This document shows positions 25,640 to 40,090 of a stretch of DNA of 64,000 nt, one piece after another. Source of the DNA: Octopus vulgaris (lineage: Eukaryota); assembly GCA_951406725.2 (NCBI GenBank), contig OX597829.1, positions 4,216,001 to 4,280,000 of the forward strand. The letters are read 5' to 3'. Within the stretch, counting starts at the first letter, position 1. Each line of letters opens with the position of its first letter. The notes below the pieces were generated by a model. It was not told the DNA's origin, did not search any database, and saw only the letters and a list, made by a program, of their open reading frames with translations. Made by a program: the position numbers and the translations under genes.

Positions 25640-26703
25640 CCTGTTTGTTATTTTTTTTGTGTCGTTTTGTGTTCATGTAAATTCCAGTCCGGCCAATTGT
25701 TATACAACATCGTCGCAGCGATTTTCTCTCATTCAATCACCTCTGTCTTTTTCTCTCTCATACATTTACATCGCTTCTTTGTTTTTAATGCCTTGCGCGA
25801 ATACATCCCAAAGTCTCTAGCTATTATGCGTTTGAGAATTTACTATATGAGAACATCAATTTTGCGTCGTCCCATACGAAAACAGCATCAAGTTTTTCTC
25901 ATAGCTTATATAAAAATGACTTCATTACGGTATCGCTATTTATACATCCGTCAGCCGCCATTTTGTTTGTTATATTTCTGTGATTTTTCGGTTTTTTTTC
26001 TTTTGTTGCGTGTGATTTCTGCGTGCTTTTGCGGTAGTTCCCGATAGATTTTATTATTGTTGTTGTATCGCTAGGTGGATAGTTTAATTGTAGGTATTTT
26101 AATGTGCCAATTATGCTCTATTATTATCAAAGATTTTGTAGCTTTCCTTGAATGCGTGTGAGAGCTTCGGTTGGTGTCCCTGATTGTGTGTCTGTGTGTA
26201 CGTTTCGATCGATACATCCCCATATATTTGTATAGAAGACAACTACCTGTATATAGGATATGGCGGATAAACTGTCGCTAAATTACTAAAAATGAAAATT
26301 ACACTAACATTTCTTAACAGACATATTTACCACAATTTCATTAAAAATATCTTGAAATACTAAAGATCAAATTTATTCAATGAAATCGCAATAAAACCAG
26401 TTTGAATCACATTGTTTTGATCCACACACACACACACACACATATATATATGTATATATATATATATATATATAGGATAAGATCGTTAATTCAAATTAAA
26501 CAACGATCTTATCAAGTGGCCAGCATGGAAAAAACCTTCAAAGGTAATAATTATTACTAGAATTATAACTTAGGGAGTCTACGAGATACCGCCCTGCTGA
26601 AAATAGCAGCCAGGATCTGACTCTAAAACCACCTTCAGTGTTCATATAGCACACGGGGGGAAAACAAAAAGACAGGATAAAACTAGTAAAAAATTACTGG
26701 ATA

Positions 26704-26762
26704 ATTCCAGATACCGGATTTCTGGCTTTGCATTTAGGAATGCTTTGCCTCGTCAGTGGAAT
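26704..26762 (-). ncRNA. Type I hammerhead ribozyme motif (left arm of an inverted pair)
   Basis: Reverse complement: ATTCCA-CTGACGA-GGC aaa GCATT ccta AATGC aaa GCC-A-GAAA-T ccggt A-TC-TGGAAT. Confidence 0.75.
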
Positions 26763-26883
26763 GTACAGAGAGAAACATAAATGCAGATATATATAAATAC
26801 AACATACGAATACTCACATATACGAACGTATACATAGATATATAGGCACGTATGCATCAGACTAGTTCAAAATGCCTGCGTAT

Positions 26884-26942
26884 ATTCCACTGACGAGGCA
26901 AAGCATTCCTAAATGCAAAGTCAGAAATCCGGGATCTGGAAT
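26884..26942 (+). ncRNA. Type I hammerhead ribozyme motif (right arm of an inverted pair)
   Basis: ATTCCA-CTGACGA-GGC aaa GCATT ccta AATGC aaa GTC-A-GAAA-TC cgg GA-TC-TGGAAT; stem I is a perfect 6 bp. Confidence 0.75.
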
Positions 26943-27065
26943 TATCCAGTAATTTTTTACTAGTTTTATTGTTTTTTTGTCTTCTCTCCGTGAACACTTA
27001 AGGGGTTTTAGAGTCAGATCATGGCTGCTATTTTCAGCATGCCGGTATCTCATAGATACCCTAAG

Positions 27066-27862
<797 letters not shown>

Positions 27863-28189
27863 ATTATTAGAATATATATACACACATACATACATACACA
27901 CACACATATATTCTTCTATTATTTTACTTCTTTCAGTCACTTGATTGTAGTCGGGGGTTTTAACCGAATAAAATCGAACCCAAGACCGTTTTTTAAGACC
28001 TAGAACTTATTGTGCTCCAGTATGGCCACAGTCAAATGACTGAAATAAATAAAAGTGTAAAAGTGTAATACATAAATTTATTTACATATGCACAAGTCTG
28101 CGAAAGGTGGTTTATGGAAGACAAGTCCGGGAAAGGTGGTTTATGGAAGGCAAAGGGCCGTTACATTATGACACCATTGACGTCACAAC

Positions 28190-28324
28190 ACACTTCTAAA
28201 GCCGAGTGAACTGGAGTAACGTGAAATAGAGTGTCTAGCGCAAAAACACAATACAGAACCCGGTCCCGGAATCGAACTCACTTCCTCATGATAGTGATCG
28301 CGAAAGCTTTAACCACCGAGCCAT
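28190..28324 (-). mobile_element. Diverged tRNA-SINE head related to family D
   Basis: Reverse complement: tggctcggtggttaaag...gagttcgattccg...tatttcacgttactcca. Confidence 0.6.
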
Positions 28325-28955
28325 TACTATAGTAACGACATACGAAATACTGCTAAGCAATATTTTTCCGGCGTTCTGCATGTTTTCTAACTTTCGCATT
28401 TGAGAGATTATCTTTGAAAATTAGGGCGAGCGCAAATTTAGTTAATACAGACGGGACGGGAATTTTAATTCTCACTAGACCGAATAATCATTAGCATTGA
28501 ATTTAGAATTTCTTGAAAAAACGCGGCCTGCTGTGTAAAAGTGCATATTCCACAAGCGAAAAATGGAAAAAAAATGTTTAATCTTTCAACCGACCCACAA
28601 AAAGCATACGGAATGTGTCGAAATGCGACGGTTAAATTGAATTTTAATCTATAATGTAATTAAAGCTAATAAATAAATATAAATTAGTGTAGTAGTATAA
28701 AAAAAATTGTGCAGCGGAAGAATAAGGAGGGCCTTATGAAAAGTTTAGAACAGAACATGTGTGCGGCTGGTTAGTCTTCTGTTAATAGGATGTCTGCAGA
28801 CCGGCGACAAAAGTTCGAATTCCCTGCTTATAATTGATAATTATGTGGGGTCAATTAGTGAAAGATCTCGGATCTCTCCTGCCCTGTTATATAAACTGAA
28901 AAGCCTTACTCTCAGCTACAACGTGTACATACACAGACATAATTAAATGTATATA

Positions 28956-31331
28956 TTGGGTTGTCCGGAAAGTTCATGTCGATTTTTAAAGGAAAGAACA
29001 AGCTTAATAAATACTGGCCATTACATTTTTAATCAACCAAATATGAACCATTTTGTTGCACAATGCGTCTCCATCTTTCCTTTAACTTGAAAATACCCTC
29101 TTCCCAGAATTGAGGTGGTTTCATGGCAAAGAATTCATCAAGGTCAATAAATACTGGCCATTACATTTTTAATCAACCAAATATGAACCATTTTATTGCA
29201 CAATGCGTCTCCATCTTTCCTTTAACTTGAAAATACCCTCTTCCCAGAATTGAGGTGGTTTCATGGCAAAGAATTCATCAAGGTCAATAAATACTGGCCA
29301 TTACATTTTTAATCAACCAAATATGAACCATTTTATTGCACAATGCGTCTCCATCTTTCCTTTAACTTGAAAATACCCTCTTCCCAGAATTGAGGTGGTT
29401 TCATGGCAAAGAATTCATCAAGGTCAATAAATACTGGCCATTACATTTTTAATCAACCAAATATGAACCATTTTATTGCACAATGCGTCTCCATCTTTCC
29501 TTTAACTTGAAAATACCCTCTTCCCAGAATTGAGGTGGTTTCATGGCAAAGAATTCATCAAGGTCAATAAATACTGGCCATTACATTTTTAATCAACCAA
29601 ATATGAACCATTTTATTGCACAATGCGTCTCCATCTTTCCTTTAACTTGAAAATACCCTCTTCCCAGAATTGAGGTGGTTTCATGGCAAAGAATTCATCA
29701 AGGTCAATAAATACTTGCCATTACATTTTTAATCAACCAAATATGAACCATTTTGTTGCACAATGCGTCTCCATCTTTCCTTTAACTTGAAAATACCCTC
29801 TTCCCAGAATTGAGGTGGTTTCATGGCAAAGAATTCATCAAGGTCAATAAATACTGGCCATTACATTTTTAATCAACCAAATATGAACCATTTTATTGCA
29901 CAATGCGTCTCCATCTTTCCTTTAACTTGAAAATACCCTCTTCCCAGAATTGAGGTGGTTTCATGGCAAAGAATTCATCAAGGTCAATAAATACTTGCCA
30001 TTACATTTTTAATCAACCAAATATGAACCATTTTGTTGCACAATGCGTCTCCATCTTTCCTTTAACTTGAAAATACCCTCTTCCCAGAATTGAGGTGGTT
30101 TCATGGCAAAGAATTCATCAAGGTCAATAAATACTTGCCATTACATTTTTAATCAACCAAATATGAACCATTTTGTTGCACAATGCGTCTCCATCTTTCC
30201 TTTAACTTGAAAATACCCTCTTCCCAGAATTGAGGTGGTTTCATGGCAAAGAATTCATCAAGGTCAATAAATACTTGCCATTACATTTTTAATCAACCAA
30301 ATATGAACCATTTTGTTGCACAATGCGTCTCCATCTTTCCTTTAACTTGAAAATACCCTCTTCCCAGAATTGAGGTGGTTTCATGGCAAAGAATTCATCA
30401 AGGTCAATAAATACTGGCCATTACATTTTTAATCAACCAAATATGAACCATTTTATTGCACAATGCGTCTCCATCTTTCCTTTAACTTGAAAATACCCTC
30501 TTCCCAGAATTGAGGTGGTTTCATGGCAAAGAATTCATCAAGGTCAATAAATACTTGCCATTACATTTTTAATCAACCAAATATGAACCATTTTATTGCA
30601 CAATGCGTCTCCATCTTTCCTTTAACTTGAAAATACCCTCTTCCCAGAATTGAGGTGGTTTCATGGCAAAGAATTCATCAAGGTCAATAAATACTTGCCA
30701 TTACATTTTTAATCAACCAAATATGAACCATTTTATTGCACAATGCGTCTCCATCTTTCCTTTAACTTGAAAATACCCTCTTCCCAGAATTGAGGTGGTT
30801 TCATGGCAAAGAATTCATCAAGGTCAATAAATACTTGCCATTACATTTTTAATCAACCAAATATGAACCATTTTGTGCACAATGCGTTCCATCTTTCCTT
30901 TAACTTGAAATTACCTTCTTCCCAGAATTGAGGTGGTGGTTTCATGGCAAAGAATTCATCAAAGGTATCTTTTTATGTCATCCAAGGAATTGAAATGTTA
31001 ACCATTAAGACTATTCTGCAGAGACCTGAATAAGTGGAAATCCGAAGGAGCAATATCTGGTGAATGTGGAGGGTGGGGTAACACATCCCAGCCGAGCTGC
31101 ACCAATTTTTGTCTAGTTCCCAAAGAATAAAGTGCCGAAAATGAACTTCCATTTTAAAGGGTTACAGAATTAACACAGTTTATAGGAACATAAACCTTTT
31201 TCGATGAAAAGAGAGCTTAAACTGTGCTCTAAAGGGAGGTGTAGGCGAATCCAATTTTGTGGACTCAACTATCTAAAATAAGTCGAAAGGTAAGCTACTA
31301 TAAATCAGTACGAACCTTCCGGACAACACAA
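28956..31331 (-). mobile_element. Internally deleted mariner transposon with both TIRs and TA target duplication
   Basis: Left TIR ttgggttgtccggaaagttc; right TIR gaaccttccggacaacacaa; TA on both sides. Minus strand encodes MEVHFRHF joined to RQKLVQLGWDVLPHPPHSPDIAPSDFHLFRSLQNSLNG (mariner YSPDLAPSD motif; resembles the mellifera subfamily, from recall). Confidence 0.93.
29001..30962 (-). repeat. 14 x 140 bp tandem array made from the mariner transposase 3' end
   Basis: aggtcaataa recurs every 140 bp from 29141 to 30821. The unit encodes DEFFAMKPPQFWEEGIFKLKERWRRIVQ(Q/*)NGSYLVD* on the minus strand. Confidence 0.98.
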
Positions 31332-31814
31332 TAATATAGCTGAATAATATAGCTGTTTAATTGGTAAAATATGGCCATTTGTAATTATGTCAACATCCTA
31401 CCATATTTCAACATGTTTTTGCCAGCATCCAGGTGATCTCGTTAATGGCACTGTTTGACCATATGTGGGTCAGGTTTCATTCGCCATTTGCAGATGTTAT
31501 TTCATACTACCCTTTCATCTTTTATGGGGCGTATATTTTGCTAATCTTTTATTTTATTTACGTTAATTATATTATCATATTAAACATAATTTTTATACAT
31601 GGATTTTTAATATAAAAAAGCTGTCGTAATATTTACGGGGCGGGGCATTGATAACATCGTCTTGCGGAGGGATAGAACTAGGGGGTTCGAACCGAACGGA
31701 CGCTAGGCAAATTTCTGGAGTGTGGAGAGTGTTCCACAAGCAAATTAATGTTAGGTATGTATCGGAATGGTCAGCCACGACCGGAACGCTGGGTTACTTT
31801 TTACTCTCTCCGTC

Positions 31815-31980
31815 TCTTTCACTCTTTTACTTGTTTCAGTCATTTGACTGCGGCCATGCTGCAGCACCCCTTCAGTCGAGCAATTCGACCCCGGGACATG
31901 TTTTTGTAAGCCTAGTACTTATTCTATCGGTGACGTAAACACACCAGCATCGGTTGTCAAGCAATGCTAGGGTGACAAAT

Positions 31981-32057
<77 letters not shown>

Positions 32058-32210
32058 TACGACGGGGTTCTTTTCAGTTTCCGTCTACCAAATCCACTCA
32101 GAAGGCTTTGGTAGAAGACGCTTGCCCAAGATGTCGTCACGCAGTGGGAATGAACCCTGAACCATGAGGTTGGTAAGCAAGCTACATACCACACAGCTAC
32201 TCCTAAGCCT
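31815..32210 (-). mobile_element. SINE family A with internal deletions
   Basis: Tail, body and head match family A. Confidence 0.85.
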
Positions 32211-32222
32211 ATATATATATAT

Positions 32223-32452
32223 ATTTCTTTACTACCCACAAGGGGCTAAACACAGAGGGGACAAACAAGGACAGACAAAGGGATTAAGTCGACTACATCG
32301 ACCCCAGTGCGTAACTGGTACTTAATTTATCGACCCCGAAAGGATGAAAGGCAAAGTCGACCTCGGCGGAATTTGAACTCGGAACGTAACGACAGACGAA
32401 ATACGGCTACGAATTTCGCCCGGTGTGCTAACGGTTCTACCAGCTCGCCGCC
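32223..32452 (-). mobile_element. SINE family C
   Basis: Reverse complement: ggcggcgagctggtagaa...gagttcaaattccgccgaggtcgactttgcctttcatcctttcggggtcgataaattaagtaccag; other copies at 37729, 40400, 52475 and 63078. Confidence 0.88.
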
Positions 32453-32460
32453 TTTATTTA

Positions 32461-32707
<247 letters not shown>

Positions 32708-32772
32708 CGTAGGAGTAGCTGTGTGGTAAGTAGCTATATATATATGTGTGTGTGTGTGTATGTATTATGTGT

Positions 32773-33090
32773 GAAGGCGCGTGGCTTAGTGGTTAGGGGA
32801 ATTCGGCTCATGATCATAAGGTCGTGAGTTCAATTCCCAGCGACGTGTTGTGTCCTTGAGCAAGGCACTTTATTTCACGTTGCTCCACTCAGCTGGCAAA
32901 AATGAGTAGTACCTGTATTTCAAAGGGCCAGTCTTGTCACATTCTGTGTCACCCTGAATCTCCCTGGGAGCTACATTAAGGGTACACGTGTCTGTGGAGT
33001 GCTCAGCCACTTGCACGTTAAATTCACGAGCAAGCTGTTCCGTTGATCGTATCAGCTGGGACCCTCATCGTCACAACCGACGGAGTGCTC
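32773..33090 (+). mobile_element. SINE family D (tRNA head, CORE-like body)
   Basis: A-box tggcttagtgg, B-box gagttcaattccc, CORE-like tgtgtccttgagcaaggcacttt. Confidence 0.82.
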
Positions 33091-33106
33091 CTATCTCTAT
33101 CCTAGA

Positions 33107-33139
<33 letters not shown>

Positions 33140-33141
<2 letters not shown>

Positions 33142-34845
33142 ATAGCAGTACTTTTTAGAGATTTTTTGTTTTGGTTATAGGGGATAAGATTTTTAGACCC
33201 CAAATAAGATGAATTTAATCATTGTTTGTTAAGCTTGGGTTTGAATTTCTTAATAAAGTCCTTTTCTCTCAGTTTTCTCTCAATTTCATTCAGGTTGTAA
33301 ATTTAATGAAGTGGGAATATCATAAAAGTTTTCCGACCACATGTTGCCCGATGGTTACTCAGTGGTGTTTGGCGGACTTCTGGGTTTTTAATTTGTTGTC
33401 GATGCACACGCGAGCGTTCTGATAGTGCATTACCTGGAAGAGTCTTCCTTAATGAACTGCGCATTTTTCTGGATGAAATCATTATTTTTCATACTTCATT
33501 TACTCCTTTTCCTTGCAGTTACAGAGTCAATGTCAAAGTTACTGTCCTTTAACTCATTCCTTACCCTTTTGACTGTGCACTGTGGGATCTTTGTTATTCA
33601 TACCAGTGCAGACTGCTGGCGGTAGCTCCTTCCTTTTCTACTCAAGTTTTTAATATTCTTTTACTCTTTCTGGGTTTGCCATTTTCTTGAAGCTAGGTAC
33701 ACTTTGAAAGATGTTGCCAGATGGTTTGGCGTACTTCTGTGTTTTTAATTTGTTGTCGATGCACACGTGAGCGTTCTGATAGTGCATTACCTGTCTGGCC
33801 AACATACAGTTCTTCACAATTTGGGCATTTGATGCAGTAGATTAAATTTCTGCTTTTGCAGTTCATGTTCGCGTTAGTGAATATTTTCCCTGTTTTTGTG
33901 TTCATATATGGGCCGTTATGAATTAATTGGCATGTACCGTATCGGCTATCATTGCAGTTAGACACAGTGAATGGTTGATCTTTGTTGCTAAGGTCAAACC
34001 TTGCCTTTGTTAATAACTTTTTCAAGCTTTTAGGCTGTCTCTTGCTGAGAGTTATAGTTTGATCTGTAATGATATTTCTCAATTCCTTACTTTCTGCAAT
34101 GATTGGTAGGTTTTCTTTAGCGATATTGAATATGTTCTGGTGGCATGGATTGTGTGTCACTATAAATAGTATGATTTGTTCTTGTTTTTCTCTTCTTTGT
34201 GGTGTCCTCAGTTGTTGTATGGGATTTTCATAACCCACTGAATACCATTTTCTATAAGTAGGGACGGGTATTTTTGTTTGGGCAGAAATTCTTTCAGTTC
34301 CATCAGGCACTGATTTCTGGTCTTTTAATCCTCTACAATAGTACAGATTCTTCTGGCTAAGCAGTATAGGATGTTACGTTTTGTATGCGATGGATGCCAC
34401 GATTTAAAATTCAGGTGTTGGTGTGTATCAGTGTGTTTATAATATATATATCTGTGCTGATGGCGGTGTTCTTTTTAATCACCATTATATCTAGGAATGT
34501 TAATTTGGTACTGCTCATCTCCTTTGTAAATTGGATGGATGGGTGTAGGTTGTTCAGGAGGATGTTGAATTCTTCCACAGTGTTCTGAGATTTTTTTCCA
34601 GATTATGAAGCAATCGATGAGGTATCTCTTCCATACTTTTTCAATATACTTTTTAAATTCAGTGCTGTATCTCTCCTCTATTTCCTGCTAGAGTTTTTGC
34701 TCTAAGTATCCCATCACCAAGTTCGCATAAACGGGAGCAAACCTCGTTCCCATAGCCGTGCCTTTAAACTGGATGTAGTTCTTTCCATTGAAGAAGAACG
34801 TGTTGTTTTCCAGAATAAGTCTGACTGCGTCTAATATGAATGTCA
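33140..34845 (-). mobile_element. Penelope-like retroelement (RT plus GIY-YIG endonuclease), decayed
   Basis: FFFNGKNYIQFKGTAMGTRFAPVYANLVMG, WKRYLIDCF (catalytic RYxDD mutated), NLIYCIKCPNCEELYVGQTG (GIY-YIG) and C-terminal REKDFIKKFKPKLN. Confidence 0.95.
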
Positions 34846-34954
34846 CGTGTTCGGTTCTGTTAGGAATTCTGAAAAGACGGTTTTGTATTATAAGGTTGGT
34901 TAGTTTTTATTGATTTTCACTGTTGGATTTTGTCTGTCTGTTTGAGACAGACGA

Positions 34955-35824
34955 ATGAAAATGAGTTTTCCCTCGTTAAGAGGAGGAATGGAAGAGACAA
35001 AAAGAAAAATGTCCAGAAGTGAGTCGGACTTATCGTCTTCCGAAGAAGAGTTGGTGGAGGCGGTAGGAAAGCTAGACATGGTCTTACAAGGAAGAACAGA
35101 TGCAGGAGCGGCGAAGCCAGCGAAAAGGGAAATAAATTTGGCAAAATTACCGGAACGCCAAGAAGGGATTAAAAAGATAAACGGAGAGGCGGAATTGTTG
35201 TCGAACAGGAAAAAGAACTGAATGGAAAGAAAGAAAATTACGTACCGAGTATTTGCAAACGAGAAGAAAAAGGTAGAAATAATAAGCATGGAAACAGTAG
35301 AGGAAGCCCTAAAAACAACAGAGGAAGAGATAATCTTCCTCGCAAGAAGAAACAAGTATGCCACAGTGGTGGTACAGTACAAAAACGAGGAAACAGCAAG
35401 AAGAATGGCTGCAAAGACAGTAAAAACTGATACGGTAACACTTTTACCCACTTATCTGGTGAGAAGAACCACAAGGATTAGGGTGGACGGAATACCACCA
35501 GATATCGACGCGGAATTGGTTGTAGCAGCAGTTATCTTTGGAAATGAGGAGAAAGTTGATATAGTCCAAGCGACTATAACAGAGGAAGGAGGATGGAGAG
35601 GTGGGACGCTGAAAATGAGCGTCCAAGCGGAAATGGAAATTTTACAGAATTTGTCGGAAACCATTACGACGAACTACATAACAATGAAAGTATGGGTGGA
35701 GGGCAGAGCCTCTCGATATTATAAATGCGGTCTGAAAGGCCACATAAGAGCAAACTGCACTACAGCAGTGAAGGAAATAATCAAAGAAATAGCGGAAGAA
35801 ACAGAAACACCTCAGGAGGAGTAG
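34955..35824 (+). pseudogene. Gag/ORF1-like protein of a non-LTR retroelement (L1/Tx1-type) with zinc knuckle, interrupted by stops
   Basis: The 88 aa and 200 aa ORFs are in frame across the stop at 35219-35221. Contains RIRVDGIPP and VWVEGRASR-YYKCGLKGHIRANC (CX2CX4HX4C with the first C mutated). Confidence 0.72.
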
Positions 35825-36499
35825 AAAGAAACAGAAGAAGAAACAAGCGAAGGAAGATGGAAAAGACTGGGAAACCACAGGAAAAAGAAAACGGCGAAAA
35901 AGAAAAAAGGCAAGAGACTTTGAACCCCAACCCACCTCAGCACCATCCACACCCACTGTGGCCCACCCCGTCCCTGCAGACACCAAACCCACCCACTCCC
36001 CACCAAACCCACCCACTCCCCACCAACATGCAAACATGAAAACATGCATACAAATGATAACACAAAACTCCCATCCTGAAGAATATTGTATTGGTATAAT
36101 ATACAGTGAATATTTATATGAAAGATTAAAGATCTGGGGAAAGGTAGAAATGCCAGGTAGATAGGATGAAGAGATGGAAGTAGTATTGTCGAAAAATCAG
36201 GAGGAGAAACTAAAAAAGGGAACTTGATGATGTATATATGTTGATAAGAGGAACATTGGCACAGGAAAAAAAGGATGAACTCGAAAAAATATGAGATAAA
36301 ATTTAGGGATTTTGTGTTTTCGCAGAGAAATAGGAAAAAGGACAAGTAAGTGATGTTGACTGATAGGGCAGTTAACATCACTTTAATCTCTCATTTTCAC
36401 CCTTTTTCTCATCTCATCATACGATTAATTTTTTGATGTTTTGTGTCCCCAATGTGTTGTAGTGTCCGCTCTGAGTAAAACCGTATGGTGAATAAAAAA

Positions 36500-37017
36500 T
36501 CACAGAACACAGTTTAAGCTATCTTTTCGTGGAAGAAGGTTTATGTTCCTATAACCTGTGTTAATTCTGTAACCCTTTAAAATGGAAGATAAGAAAGTTC
36601 ATTTTCGGCACTTGATGCTTTGGGAACAAGACAAAAATTGCTGGGATGTGTTACCCCACCCTCCATATTCACCAGATATTGCTCCTTCGGATTTCCACTT
36701 ATTCAGGTCTCTGCAGAATAGTCTTAATGATAAAAATTTCAATTCCTAGGATGGCGTAAAAAGATACCTTGATGAATTCTTGCCATGAAACCACCTCAAT
36801 TCTGGGAAGAGGGTATTTTCAAGTTAAAGGAAAGATGGAGGCGCATTGTGCAACGAAATGGTTCATATTTGGTTGATTAAAACTGTAATGGCAAGTATTT
36901 ATTGACCTTGATGAATTCTTTGCCATGAAATCACCTCAATTCTGGGAAGAGGGTATTTTCAAGTTAAAGGAAAGATGGAGACGCATTGTGCAACAAAAGG
37001 GTTCATATTTGGTTGAT
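36500..37017 (+). mobile_element. Second copy of the deleted mariner, TIRs lost, with a two-unit duplication
   Basis: MEDKKVHFRHLMLWE joined to WDVLPHPPYSPDIAPSDFHLFRSLQNSLN; the C-terminal 140 bp block is present twice. Confidence 0.92.
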
Positions 37018-37728
37018 ATATACGACGGGCTTCTTTCAGTTTCCGGCTACCAAATCTACTCACAAGGCTTTGGTCGGGTCGAGGCTATAGCAGATGACAC
37101 TTGCTCAAGGTGCCACGCTGTGGGACCGAACCCGGAACCATGTGGTTGGGAGGCAAGCTTATCACGCAGTCCATTTGACTGCGGTCATGCTGGATCACAG
37201 CTTGCCCAAGGTACCACGCAATGGGACTGAACCCGGAACCATGTGGTTGTAATACAAGCTGTTTAACTCACAACCACGCCGTTTATATGAGGGGCTTCTT
37301 TCAGTTTCCGTTTACGAAATCCGCTTACAAGTCTTTGGTCGGGCCGAGGATATAGTAGAAGACACTTATCCAAGGTGCCACGCAGTGGGACTGAACACGG
37401 AACCATATTGTCGGGAAGGAAGCTTCTTAACTCACAACCACGCTGAGATGAACTAAGCGTCCGTATGTTGTTTGAGGTAAAAATCTAATTATGGATAATG
37501 AGGTATGATTTGGTTGGAGACGGTTCTGTCGATATAGACGTAGCGGATGTTTTTTCTGCGAACCTCCAACTACACGGGATATCGTTCTGCACGGCGGCAA
37601 TGACAGACAAACAAGAAAAATTAAGTGACCAGTCTGTGAAACCAACAGTACTTAATTATGTAATATTAGAAAATAATTCTGGCAATGACCATACAGAATT
37701 GTTGCCACGCAGGGCGAAATGCTTAATA

Positions 37729-38280
37729 GTATTTCGTCTGTCTTTACGTTCTGAGTTCAAATTCCGCCGAGGTCGACTTTGCCTTTCATCCTTTCGGGGT
37801 CGATTAAATAAGTACCAGTTACGCACTGGGGTCGATATAATCGACTTAATCCGTTTGTCTGTCCTTGTTTGTCCTCTCTGTGTTTAGCCCCTTGTGGGTA
37901 GTAAAAAAATAGGTATTTCGTCTGCCGCTACGTTCTGAGTTCAAATTCTGCCGAGGTCGACTTTGCCTTTCATCCTTTCGGGGTCGATAAATTAAGTACC
38001 AGTTACGCACTGGGGTCGATATAATCGACTTAATCCGTTTGTCTGTCCTTGTTTGTCCTCTCTGTGTTTAGCCCCTTGTGGGTAGTAAAAAAATAGGTAT
38101 TTCGTCTGCCGCTACGTTCTGAGTTCAAATTCTGCCGAGGTCGACTTTGCCTTTCATCCTTTCGGGGTCGATAAATTAAGTACCAGTTACGCACTGGGGT
38201 CGATATAATCGACTTAATCCGTTTGTCTGTCCTTGTTTGTCCTCTCTATGTTTAGCCCCTTGTGGGCAATAAAAAATAAG
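37729..38280 (+). repeat. 3 x 184 bp tandem array of the SINE family C body
   Basis: gtatttcgtctg starts at 37729, 37913 and 38097. Confidence 0.95.
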
Positions 38281-38517
38281 AAAGTTGTGATGAAAGATTA
38301 CATCAGGGTTCGCTACCACTCCTTGCCGGAGTTTCGTGGAGCTTTAACTGTTTTCGCTTAATCAACACTCACAACACCCAGTCTAGGTATCGAAACCGCG
38401 ATCCTATAACTACTTTCTGAGGTGGGGATGGGGGCAGCTTCATGCTTCAGAAACATTGTGCAAGATGTGGTTATTGGGTTTTGCGAGCGCTCCTTTGAGA
38501 TTTTCTTCAGAGTGCCA

Positions 38518-38812
<295 letters not shown>

Positions 38813-39599
38813 AACATGGGGTACAATTCTACGAAGGCCTGAATACTCATCATGACTACCCGTATGATAAGGGTACACTAGGCACATGCATCACAACCAT
38901 ATGTGCGCGACATGGTGATCTCATATCAAGATAAACAGCGCATGACCTTGCAGTTGGGGCCCAGTTAGAATTTTCTTCTGGTCGAGTAACCCATCCTGCT
39001 CAAAAGGTGCCTGAATAAGGGTTGTTTAAGGATGTTGAACGAACCGCCCATGTTTCCAGGGGTGAATTATCCTAACCCTCAAAGAATCCTCAAATACAAG
39101 GGGCACATATATGTATGTGTATGTGTGTGAGACGGGCTTCTTTCAGTTCCCCTTTCCAAAATCCACTCGAAATATTTCGGCTAGAGAAGAAAGCACTCAA
39201 CCAAACTGTGACAATGTTGAATTGAACCTGGGGACACGTGACTGGGAAACAAGCTACTTGGTCACTTATTTTTCTTTTCCCTTCTTTTAAACACCCCTTT
39301 AGCAAATATGGAAGAATTGGGGCAAAACTCGACGGAATATTTAACCAAATGACATCCTTGCCTAAGCAGGAAACAAGGGTGGTTTACCTGAAAAGCATTG
39401 TCAGCTATTGAATAAATAGAAAAAGCAGGATTCATAATTATCACCCAATAAACACGTGTTTGTGTACACATTATAGAAAGCGGAAGGAAGCGGAAATATC
39501 TAAATACATACAATAAATATATCATATGCGTACGCACGCGTTCACACAAGCGAGAACGTAACCCTGTTTACATAAACTTATATATGTATACATGAAAGT

Positions 39600-40090
<491 letters not shown>

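Noticed and set aside
29001-30962. CRISPR-like array
   Set aside because: Units are contiguous 140 bp copies with no unique spacers and derive from a mariner transposase; there are no cas genes and the context is eukaryotic.
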